Positions 1 through 12,400 of a stretch of DNA of 33,870 bases are shown here, one piece after another (position 1 is the first letter of the stretch; each line of letters starts with the position of its first letter). The notes under the pieces are model-generated. The model was not told where the DNA came from. It saw only the letters and a list, made by a program, of their open reading frames with translations, and did no database searches. The position numbers were made by a program, and so were the translations under genes. The stretch is from Nemertoderma westbladi (taxonomy: Eukaryota > Animalia > Xenacoelomorpha): positions 1-33,870 of the forward strand of contig JAUCBJ010006852.1 of assembly GCA_032718475.1 (NCBI GenBank), given 5' to 3'.

Positions 1-367
1 GGCAGGTTAAACTGCTGAAGGTCTATAAAAGCGCGTACAATGTATACCGGGTTAACTCCTCCGAAACTATAGCTCGTCCGTCAATAAAAGTTATATAAAT
101 CGACGCAGCTCAACCCCAGGATGTGGATAAAAAAATTCGAAAAAATTGAAAAAAATTATTAAAGTGTCTTTTTGTTATTCGAAAAATAACACATTTATTT
201 TTCTACTTCCTTCCAACTTATGCCTGTTGGCGGTTATAAATTCATTCACTCATGCCAAAGCACGGGCTGTGCCATTATGATTATGATGTACTCTGTCAAA
301 CATACTGTACTGTGTTCCCTAGAAAATAGTCACACAAAAAGTTCAATTAATTTACTATTTTTTCTAA

Positions 368-445
368 GGGGAGGTGGGGGGGGGGGGGGGGGGCGCCAAA
401 ATCGTGGCGCGCCCCCCCCTGCCACAAACATCAGCTACACCACTG
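368..445. mobile_element. Probable right end of a non-autonomous DNA transposon (MITE-like) ending in GCTACACCACTG
   Basis: G18 run (376-393), then an imperfect hairpin GGGGGCGCCA-AAATCG-TGGCGCGCCCCCC, then GCTACACCACTG (434-445) directly abutting the satellite. It resembles the CAGTGGCGTAGC...GCTACGCCACTG termini I recall from animal MITEs. The partner TIR is not visible in the window. Confidence 0.4.
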
Positions 446-3400
446 GTTACATTCACTGTGATTGGTCCAAGGACTCTGGTACTGAGAGTTACTGTGATTA
501 GTCCAAGGCCTCTGGTGCTGTGAGTTACAGTACTTTGTGATTGGTCCATGGCCTGTGGTACTGTGAGTTACATTCACTGTGATTGGTCTAAGGCCTCTGG
601 TACTGAGAGTTACAGGACATTGTGATTGGTCTAAGGCCTCTGGTACTGTGAGTTACAGTACATTGTGATTGGTCCATGGCCTCTGGTACTGTGAGTTACA
701 GTACATTGTGATTGGTCCAAGGCCTCTGGTACTGAGAGTTACTGTGATTGGTCCAAGGCCTCTGGTACTGAGAGTTACAGAACATTGTGATTGGTCTAAG
801 GCCTCTGGTACTGTGAGTTACATTCACTGTGATTGGTCCAAGGACTCTGGTACTGAGAGTTACTGTGATTAGTCCAAGGCCTCTGGTGCTGTGAGTTACA
901 GTACTTTGTGATTGGTCCATGGCCTCTGGTACTGTGAGTTACATTCACTGTGATTGGTCCAAGGACTCTGGTACTGAGAGTTACTGTGATTGGTCCAAGG
1001 CCTCTGGTACTGTGAGTTACATTCACTGTGATTGGTCCAAGGACTCTGGTACTGAGAGTTACTGTGAGTGATCCAAGGCCTCTGGTACTGAGAGTTACTG
1101 TGATTGGTCCATGGCCTCTGGTACTGTGAGTTACATTCACTGTGATTGGTCCAAGGCCTCTGGTACTGTGAGTTACATTCACTGTGATTGGTCCAAGGCC
1201 TCTGGTACTGTGAGTTACATTCACTGTGATTGGTCCAAGGCCTCTGGTACTGTGAGTTACATTCACTGTGATTGGTCCAAGGCCTCTGGTACTGAGAGTT
1301 ACAGTACATTGTGATTGGTCCAAGGCCTCTGGTACTGAGAGTTACTGTGATTAGTCCAAGGCCTCTGGTGCTGTGAGTTACAGTACTTTGTGATTGGTCT
1401 ATGGCCTCTGGTACTGTGAGTTACAGTACTTTGTGATTGGTCTAAGGCCTCTGGTACTGAGAGTTACTGTGATTGGTCCAAGGCCTCTGGTACTGTGAGT
1501 TACATTCACTGTGATTGGTCCAAGGCCTCTGGTACTGAGAGTTACAGTACATTGTGATTGGTCTAAGGCCTCTGGTACTGAGAGTTACTGTGATTGGTCC
1601 ATGGCCTCTGGTGCTGTGAGTTACAGTACTTTGTGATTGGTCCATGGCCTGTGGTACTGTGAGTTACATTCACTGTGATTGGTCCAAGGCCTCTGGTACT
1701 GTGAGTTACAGAACATTGTGATTGGTCTAAGGCCTCTGGTACTGAGAGTTACTGTGATTGGTCCATGGCCTCTGGTGCTGTGAGTTACAGTACTTTGTGA
1801 TTGGTCCATGGCCTGTGGTACTGTGAGTTACATTCACTGTGATTAGTCCAAGGCCTATGGTACTGAGAGTTACAGGACATTGTGATTGGTCCAAGGCCTC
1901 TGGTACTGAGAGTTACTGTGATTGGTCCATGGCCTCTGGTACTGAGAGTTACATTCACTGTGATTGGTCCAAGGCCTCTGGTACTGAGAGTTACTGTGAT
2001 TAGTCCAAGGCCTCTGGTACTGTGAGTTACAGAACATTGTGATTGGTCTAAGGCCTCTGGTACTGTGAGTTACATTCACTGTGATTGGTCCATGGCCTCT
2101 GGTACTGAGAGTTACATTCACTGTGATTGGTCCAAGGCCTCTGGTACTGAGAGTTACTGTGATTAGTCCAAGGCCTCTGGTACTGTGAGTTACAGTACTT
2201 TGTGATTGGTCCAAGGCCTCTGGTACTGAGAGTTACTGTGATTGGTCCATGGCCTCTGGTACTGTGAGTTACAGTACTTTGTGATTGGTCTAAGGCCTCT
2301 GGTACTGAGAGTTACAGTACTTTGTGATTGGTCTAAGGCCTCTGGTACTGTGAGTTACAGTACTTTGTGATTGGTCTAAGGCCTCTGGTGCTGTGAGTTA
2401 CAGTACTTTGTGATTGGTCTAAGGCCTCTGGTACTGAGAGTTACAGTACTTTGTGATTGGTCCAAGGACTCTGGTACTGAGAGTTACTGTGAATGGTCCA
2501 TGGCCTCTGGTACTGAGAGTTACAGTACATTGTGATTGGTCCAAGGACTCTGGTACTGAGAGTTACTGTGATTGGTCCATGGCCTCTGGTACTGAGAGTT
2601 ACAGTACATTGTGATTGGTCCAAGGCCTCTGGTACTGAGAGTTACAGAACATTGTGATTGGTCTAAGGCCTCTGGTACTGAGAGTTACTGTGATTAGTCC
2701 AAGGCCTCTGGTACTGAGAGTTACAGTACTTTGTGATTGGTCTAAGGCCTCTGGTACTGTGAGTTACAGAACATTGTGATTGGTCTAAGGCCTCTGGTAC
2801 TGAGAGTTACTGTGATTAGTCCAAGGCCTCTGGTACTGAGAGTTACAGTACTTTGTGATTGGTCCAAGGCCTCTGGTACTGAGAGTTACAGAACATTGTG
2901 ATTGGTCTAAGGCCTCTGGTACTGAGAGTTACTGTGATTAGTCCAAGGCCTCTGGTACTGAGAGTTACAGTACTTTGTGATTGGTCTAAGGCCTCTGGTA
3001 CTGTGAGTTACATTCACTGTGATTGGTCTAAGGCCTCTGGTACTGTGAGTTACAGAACATTGTGATTGGTCCAAGGACTCTGGTACTGAGAGTTACTGTG
3101 ATTGGTCCATGGCCTCTGGTACTGAGAGTTACAGTACATTGTGATTGGTCCAAGGACTCTGGTACTGAGAGTTACTGTGATTGGTCCATGGCCTCTGGTA
3201 CTGAGAGTTACAGTACATTGTGATTGGTCCAAGGCCTCTGGTACTGAGAGTTACAGTACTTTGTGATTGGTCTAAGGCCTCTGGTACTGTGAGTTACAGA
3301 ACATTGTGATTGGTCTAAGGCCTCTGGTACTGAGAGTTACTGTGATTAGTCCAAGGCCTCTGGTACTGAGAGTTACAGTACTTTGTGATTGGTCCAAGGC

Positions 3401-6400
3401 CTCTGGTACTGAGAGTTACAGAACATTGTGATTGGTCTAAGGCCTCTGGTACTGAGAGTTACTGTGATTAGTCCAAGGCCTCTGGTACTGAGAGTTACAG
3501 TACTTTGTGATTGGTCTAAGGCCTCTGGTACTGAGAGTTACTGTGATTAGTCCAAGGCCTCTGGTACTGAGAGTTACAGTACTTTGTGATTGGTCCAAGG
3601 CCTCTGGTACTGAGAGTTACAGAACATTGTGATTGGTCTAAGGCCTCTGGTACTGAGAGTTACTGTGATTAGTCCAAGGCCTCTGGTACTGAGAGTTACA
3701 GTACTTTGTGATTGGTCTAAGGCCTCTGGTACTGTGAGTTACATTCACTGTGATTGGTCTAAGGCCTCTGGTACTGTGAGTTACAGAACATTGTGATTGG
3801 TCCAAGGACTCTGGTACTGAGAGTTACTGTGATTGGTCCATGGCCTCTGGTACTGAGAGTTACAGTACATTGTGATTGGTCCAAGGACTCTGGTACTGAG
3901 AGTTACTGTGATTGGTCCATGGCCTCTGGTACTGAGAGTTACAGTACATTGTGATTGGTCCAAGGCCTCTGGTACTGAGAGTTACAGTACTTTGTGATTG
4001 GTCTAAGGCCTCTGGTACTGTGAGTTACAGTACATTGTGATTGGTCCAAGGACTCTGGTACTGAGAGTTACTGTGATTGGTCCATGGCCTCTGGTACTGA
4101 GAGTTACAGTACATTGTGATTGGTCCAAGGACTCTGGTACTGAGAGTTACTGTGATTGGTCTAAGGCCTCTGGTACTGAGAGTTACTGTGATTGGTCCAT
4201 GGCCTCTGGTGCTGTGAGTTACAGTACTTTGTGATTGGTCCATGGCCTGTGGTACTGTGAGTTACATTCACTGTGATTAGTCCAAGGCCTCTGGTACTGA
4301 GAGTTACAGGACATTGTGATTGGTCCAAGGACTCTGGTACTGAGAGTTACTGTGATTGGTCCATGGCCTCTGGTACTGAGAGTTACAGTACATTGTGATT
4401 GGTCCAAGGACTCTGGTACTGAGAGTTACTGTGATTGGTCCATGGCCTCTGGTACTGAGAGTTACAGTACATTGTGATTGGTCCAAGGACTCTGGTACTG
4501 AGAGTTACTGTGATTGGTCCATGGCCTCTGGTACTGAGAGTTACAGTACATTGTGATTGGTCCAAGGACTCTGGTACTGAGAGTTACTGTGATTGGTCTA
4601 AGGCCTCTGGTACTGAGAGTTACAGAACATTGTGATTGGTCCAAGGACTCTGGTACTGAGAGTTACTGTGATTGGTCCATGGCCTCTGGTACTGAGAGTT
4701 ACAGTACATTGTGATTGGTCCAAGGACTCTGGTACTGAGAGTTACTGTGATTGGTCTAAGGCCTCTGGTACTGAGAGTTACTGTGATTGGTCCATGGCCT
4801 CTGGTGCTGTGAGTTACAGTACTTTGTGATTGGTCCATGGCCTGTGGTACTGTGAGTTACATTCACTGTGATTAGTCCAAGGCCTCTGGTACTGAGAGTT
4901 ACAGGACATTGTGATTGGTCTAAGGCCTCTGGTACTGTGAGTTACAGAACATTGTGATTGGTCCAAGGACTCTGGTACTGAGAGTTACTGTGATTGGTCC
5001 ATGGCCTCTGGTACTGAGAGTTACAGTACATTGTGATTGGTCCAAGGACTCTGGTACTGAGAGTTACTGTGATTGGTCTAAGGCCTCTGGTACTGAGAGT
5101 TACTGTGATTAGTCCAAGGCCTCTGGTACTGTGAGTTACAGTACTTTGTGATTGGTCCAAGGCCTCTGGTACTGTGAGTTACAGTACTTTGTGATTGGTC
5201 CAAGGCCTCTGGTACTGAGAGTTACTGTGATTAGTCCAAGGCCTCTGGTACTGTGAGTTACAGAACATTGTGATTGGTCTAAGGCCTCTGGTACTGTGAG
5301 TTACATTCACTGTGATTGGTCCATGGCCTCTGGTACTGAGAGTTACTGTGATTAGTCCAAGGCCTCTGGTACTGTGAGTTACAGTACTTTGTGATTGGTC
5401 CAAGGCCTCTGGTACTGAGATTTACTGTGATTGGTCCATGGCCTCTGGTACTGTGAGTTACAGTACTTTGTGATTGGTCTAAGGCCTCTGGTACTGAGAG
5501 TTACAGTACTTTGTGATTGGTCTAAGGCCTCTGGTACTGTGAGTTACAGTACTTTGTGATTGGTCTAAGGCCTCTGGTGCTGTGAGTTACAGTACTTTGT
5601 GATTGGTCTAAGGCCTCTGGTACTGAGAGTTACAGTACTTTGTGATTGGTCTAAGGCCTCTGGTACTGTGAGTTACATTCACTGTGATTGGTCTAAGGCC
5701 TCTGGTACTGTGAGTTACAGAACATTGTGATTGGTCCAAGGACTCTGGTACTGAGAGTTACTGTGATTGGTCCATGGCCTCTGGTACTGAGAGTTACAGT
5801 ACATTGTGATTGGTCCAAGGACTCTGGTACTGAGAGTTACTGTGATTGGTCCATGGCCTCTGGTACTGAGAGTTACAGTACATTGTGATTGGTCCAAGGC
5901 CTCTGGTACTGAGAGTTACTGTGATTGGTCCATGGCCTCTGGTACTGAGAGTTACAGTACATTGTGATTGGTCCAAGGCCTCTGGTACTGAGAGTTACTG
6001 TGATTAGTCCAAGGCCTCTGGTACTGAGAGTTACAGTACTTTGTGATTAGTCCAAGGCCTCTGGTACTGTGAGTTACAGAACATTGTGATTGGTCCATGG
6101 CCTCTGGTGCTGTGAGTTACAGTACATTGTGATTGGTCCAAGGCCTCTGGTACTGAGAGTTACTGTGATTGGTCCATGGCCTCTGGTACTGAGAGTTACA
6201 GTACATTGTGATTGGTCCATGGCCTCTGGTACTGAGAGTTACTGTGATTAGTCCAAGGCCTCTGGTACTGTGAGTTACAGAACATTGTGATTGGTCTAAG
6301 GCCTCTGGTACTGTGAGTTACATTCACTGTGATTGGTCCAAGGACTCTGGTACTGAGAGTTACTGTGATTGGTCCATGGCCTCTGGTACTGTGAGTTACA

Positions 6401-9400
6401 GTACTTTGTGATTGGTCTAAGGCCTCTGGTACTGTGAGTTACAGAACATTGTGATTGGTCCATGGCCTCTGGTGCTGTGAGTTACAGTACATTGTGATTG
6501 GTCCAAGGCCTCTGGTACTGAGAGTTACTGTGATTGGTCCATGGCCTCTGGTACTGTGAGTTACAGTACTTTGTGATTGGTCTAAGGCCTCTGGTACTGA
6601 GAGTTACAGTACTTTGTGATTGGTCTAAGGCCTCTGGTACTGAGAGTTACAGTACATTGTGATTGGTCCATGGCCTCTGGTGCTGTGAGTTACAGTACTT
6701 TGTGATTGGTCTAAGGCCTCTGGTACTGAGAGTTACAGTACTTTGTGATTGGTCTAAGGCCTCTGGTACTGTGAGTTACAGTACTTTGTGATTGGTCTAA
6801 GGCCTCTGGTACTGTGAGTTACAGTACTTTGTGATTGGTCTAAGGCCTCTGGTGCTGTGAGTTACAGTACTTTGTGATTGGTCTAAGGCCTCTGGTACTG
6901 TGAGTTACAGAACATTGTGATTGGTCCATGGCCTCTGGTGCTGTGAGTTACAGTACATTGTGATTGGTCCAAGGCCTCTGGTACTGAGAGTTACTGTGAT
7001 TGGTCCATGGCCTCTGGTACTGTGAGTTACAGTACTTTGTGATTGGTCTAAGGCCTCTGGTACTGAGAGTTACAGTACTTTGTGATTGGTCTAAGGCCTC
7101 TGGTACTGAGAGTTACAGTACATTGTGATTGGTCCATGGCCTCTGGTGCTGTGAGTTACAGTACTTTGTGATTGGTCTAAGGCCTCTGGTACTGAGAGTT
7201 ACAGTACATTGTGATTGGTCCATGGCCTCTGGTGCTGTGAGTTACAGTACTTTGTGATTGGTCTAAGGCCTCTGGTACTGAGAGTTACAGTACTTTGTGA
7301 TTGGTCTAAGGCCTCTGGTACTGTGAGTTACAGAACATTGTGATTGGTCCATGGCCTCTGGTGCTGTGAGTTACAGTACATTGTGATTGGTCCAAGGCCT
7401 CTGGTACTGAGAGTTACTGTGATTGGTCCAAGGACTCTGGTACTGAGAGTTACTGTGATTGGTCCATGGCCTCTGGTACTGAGAGTTACAGAACATTGTG
7501 ATTGGTCCAAGGCCTCTGGTACTGTGAGTTACAGAACATTGTGATTGGTCCATGGCCTCTGGTGCTGTGAGTTACAGTACATTGTGATTGGTCCAAGGCC
7601 TCTGGTACTGAGAGTTACTGTGATTGGTCCATGGCCTCTGGTACTGAGAGTTACAGTACATTGTGATTGGTCCATGGCCTCTGGTACTGAGAGTTACAGT
7701 ACATTGTGATTGGTCCATGGCCTCTGGTGCTGTGAGTTACAGTACTTTGTGATTGGTCTAAGGCCTCTGGTACTGAGAGTTACAGTACTTTGTGATTGGT
7801 CTAAGGCCTCTGGTACTGTGAGTTACAGTACTTTGTGATTGGTCTAAGGCCTCTGGTACTGTGAGTTACAGTACTTTGTGATTGGTCTAAGGCCTCTGGT
7901 GCTGTGAGTTACAGTACTTTGTGATTGGTCTAAGGCCTCTGGTACTGTGAGTTACAGAACATTGTGATTGGTCCATGGCCTCTGGTGCTGTGAGTTACAG
8001 TACATTGTGATTGGTCCAAGGCCTCTGGTACTGAGAGTTACTGTGATTGGTCCATGGCCTCTGGTACTGTGAGTTACAGTACTTTGTGATTGGTCTAAGG
8101 CCTCTGGTACTGAGAGTTACAGTACTTTGTGATTGGTCTAAGGCCTCTGGTACTGAGAGTTACAGTACATTGTGATTGGTCCATGGCCTCTGGTGCTGTG
8201 AGTTACAGTACTTTGTGATTGGTCTAAGGCCTCTGGTACTGAGAGTTACAGTACATTGTGATTGGTCCATGGCCTCTGGTGCTGTGAGTTACAGTACTTT
8301 GTGATTGGTCTAAGGCCTCTGGTACTGAGAGTTACAGTACTTTGTGATTGGTCTAAGGCCTCTGGTACTGTGAGTTACAGAACATTGTGATTGGTCCATG
8401 GCCTCTGGTGCTGTGAGTTACAGTACATTGTGATTGGTCCAAGGCCTCTGGTACTGAGAGTTACTGTGATTGGTCCAAGGACTCTGGTACTGAGAGTTAC
8501 TGTGATTGGTCCATGGCTTCTGGTACTGAGAGTTACAGAACATTGTGATTGGTCCAAGGCCTCTGGTACTGTGAGTTACTGAACATTGTGATTGGTCCAA
8601 GGACTCTGGTACTGAGAGTTACTGTGATTGGTCCATGGCCTCTGGTACTGAGAGTTACAGTACATTGTGATTGGTCCAAGGCCTCTGGTACTGAGAGTTA
8701 CTGTGATTAGTCCAAGGCCTCTGGTACTGTGAGTTACAGAACATTGTGATTGGTCTAAGGCCTCTGGTACTGTGAGTTACATTCACTGTGATTGGTCCAA
8801 GGCCTCTGGTACTGAGAGTTACTGTGATTGGTCCAAGGACTCTGGTACTGAGAGTTACTGTGATTGGTCTAAGGCCTCTGGTACTGTGAGTTACAGAACA
8901 TTGTGATTGGTCCATGGCCTCTGGTGCTGTGAGTTACAGAACATTGTGATTGGTCCAAGGCCTCTGGTACTGAGAGTTACTGTGATTGGTCCATGGCCTC
9001 TGGTACTGAGAGTTACAGTACATTGTGATTGGTCCAAGGCCTCTGGTACTGAGAGTTACATTCACTGTGATTGGTCCAAGGCCTCTGGTACTGAGAGTTA
9101 CTGTGATTAGTCCAAGGCCTCTGGTACTGTGAGTTACAGAACATTGTGATTGGTCTAAGGCCTCTGGTACTGAGAGTTACTGTGATTAGTCCAAGGCCTC
9201 TGGTACTGAGAGTTACAGTACATTGTGATTGGTCCATGGCCTGTGGTACTGTGAGTTACATTCACTGTGATTGGTCTAAGGCCTCTGGTACTGAGAGTTA
9301 CAGGACATTGTGATTGGTCTAAGGCCTCTGGTACTGAGAGTTACATTCACTGTGATTGGTCCAAGGACTCTGGTACTGAGAGTTACTGTGATTGGTCCAT

Positions 9401-12400
9401 GGCCTCTGGTACTGTGAGTTACAGTACTTTGTGATTGGTCTAAGGCCTCTGGTACTGTGAGTTACTGTGATTGGTCCAAGGCCTCTGGTACTGTGAGTTA
9501 CAGAACATTGTGATTGGTCCATGGCCTCTGGTACTGTGAGTTACAGTACTTTGTGATTGGTCCATGGCCTCTGGTACTGAGAGTTACATTCACTGTGATT
9601 GGTCCAAGGACTCTGGTACTGAGAGTTACTGTGATTGGTCCATGGCCTCTGGTACTGTGAGTTACATTCACTGTGATTGGTCCAAGGACTCTGGTACTGT
9701 GAGTTACAGTACTTTGTGATTGGTCCATGGCCTCTGGTACTGTGAGTTACAGTACTTTGTGATTGGTCCATGGCCTCTGGTACTGTGAGTTACAGTACTT
9801 TGTGATTGGTCCATGGCCTCTGGTACTGAGAGTTACATTCACTGTGATTGGTCCAAGGACTCTGGTACTGAGAGTTACTGTGATTGGTCCATGGCCTCTG
9901 GTACTGTGAGTTACAGTACTTTGTGATTGGTCTAAGGCCTCTGGTACTGTGAGTTACAGAACATTGTGATTGGTCCATGGCCTCTGGTGCTGTGAGTTAC
10001 AGTACATTGTGATTGGTCCAAGGCCTCTGGTACTGAGAGTTACTGTGATTGGTCCATGGCCTCTGGTACTGTGAGTTACAGTACTTTGTGATTGGTCTAA
10101 GGCCTCTGGTACTGAGAGTTACAGTACTTTGTGATTGGTCTAAGGCCTCTGGTACTGAGAGTTACAGTACTTTGTGATTGGTCTAAGGCCTCTGGTACTG
10201 TGAGTTACAGAACATTGTGATTGGTCCATGGCCTCTGGTACTGAGAGTTACAGTACTTTGTGATTGGTCTAAGGCCTCTGGTACTGAGAGTTACTGTGAT
10301 TGGTCTAAGGCCTCTGGTACTGAGAGTTACAGTACTTTGTGATTGGTCTAAGGCCTCTGGTACTGTGAGTTACAGAACATTGTGATTGGTCCATGGCCTC
10401 TGGTACTGAGAGTTACAGTACATTGTGATTGGTCCAAGGACTCTGGTACTGAGAGTTACTGTGATTGGTCCATGGCCTCTGGTACTGAGAGTTACAGTAC
10501 ATTGTGATTGGTCCAAGGACTCTGGTACTGAGAGTTACTGTGATTGGTCCATGGCCTCTGGTACTGTGAGTTACAGTACTTTGTGATTGGTCTAAGGCCT
10601 CTGGTACTGTGAGTTACAGAACATTGTGATTGGTCCATGGCCTCTGGTACTGTGAGTTACAGTACATTGTGATTGGTCTAAGGCCTCTGGTGCTGTGAGT
10701 TACAGTACTTTGTGATTGGTCCATGGCCTCTGGTGCTGTGAGTTACAGTACATTGTGATTGGTCCAAGGCCTCTGGTACTGAGAGTTACTGTGATTGGTC
10801 CATGGCCTCTGGTACTGTGAGTTACAGTACTTTGTGATTGGTCTAAGGCCTCTGGTACTGAGAGTTACAGTACTTTGTGATTGGTCTAAGGCCTCTGGTA
10901 CTGAGAGTTACAGTACTTTGTGATTGGTCTAAGGCCTCTGGTACTGTGAGTTACAGAACATTGTGATTGGTCCATGGCCTCTGGTGCTGTGAGTTACAGT
11001 ACATTGTGATTGGTCCAAGGCCTCTGGTACTGAGAGTTACTGTGATTGGTCCATGGCCTCTGGTACTGAGAGTTACAGTACATTGTGATTGGTCCAAGGC
11101 CTCTGGTACTGAGAGTTACTGTGATTAGTCCAAGGCCTCTGGTACTGAGAGTTACAGTACTTTGTGATTGGTCTAAGGCCTCTGGTACTGTGAGTTACAG
11201 AACATTGTGATTGGTCCATGGCCTCTGGTGCTGTGAGTTACAGTACATTGTGATTGGTCCAAGGCCTCTGGTACTGAGAGTTACTGTGATTGGTCCATGG
11301 CCTCTGGTACTGAGAGTTACAGTACATTGTGATTGGTCCAAGGCCTCTGGTACTGAGAGTTACTGTGATTGGTCCATGGCCTCTGGTACTGTGAGTTACA
11401 GAACATTGTGATTGGTCTAAGGCCTCTGGTACTGTGAGTTACTGTGATTGGTCCATGGCCTCTGGTACTGTGAGTTACAGTACTTTGTGATTGGTCTAAG
11501 GCCTCTGGTACTGAGAGTTACAGTACTTTGTGATTGGTCTAAGGCCTCTGGTACTGAGAGTTACTGTGATTGGTCCAAGGCCTCTGGTGCTGTGAGTTAC
11601 AGAACATTGTGATTGGTCTAAGGCCTCTGGTACTGTGAGTTACAGTACTTTGTGATTGGTCCAAGGACTCTGGTACTGAGAGTTACTGTGATTGGTCTAA
11701 GGCCTCTGGTACTGAGAGTTACTGTGATTGGTCCAAGGCCTCTGGTACTGAGAGTTACTGTGATTGGTCTAAGGCCTCTGGTACTGTGAGTTACTGTGAT
11801 TGGTCCATGGCCTCTGGTACTGTGAGTTACAGTACTTTGTGATTGGTCTAAGGCCTCTGGTACTGAGAGTTACTGTGATTGGTCCAAGGCCTCTGGTGCT
11901 GTGAGTTACAGAACATTGTGATTGGTCTAAGGCCTCTGGTACTGTGAGTTACAGTACTTTGTGATTGGTCCAAGGACTCTGGTACTGAGAGTTACTGTGA
12001 TTGGTCTAAGGCCTCTGGTACTGAGAGTTACTGTGATTGGTCCAAGGCCTCTGGTACTGAGAGTTACTGTGATTGGTCTAAGGCCTCTGGTACTGAGAGT
12101 TACTGTGATTGGTCTAAGGCCTCTGGTACTGAGAGTTACTGTGATTGGTCTAAGGCCTCTGGTACTGTGAGTTACAGTACTTTGTGATTGGTCTAAGGCC
12201 TCTGGTACTGTGAGTTACATTCACTGTGATTGGTCTAAGGCCTCTGGTACTGAGAGTTACAGTACATTGTGATTGGTCTAAGGCCTCTGGTACTGAGAGT
12301 TACTGTGATTGGTCCAAGGCCTCTGGTGCTGTGAGTTACAGAACATTGTGATTGGTCTAAGGCCTCTGGTACTGTGAGTTACAGTACTTTGTGATTGGTC

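Noticed and set aside
220-501. 93-aa ORF with poly-Gly
   Set aside because: It arises from the G18 run and reads into the satellite; no recognisable domain.
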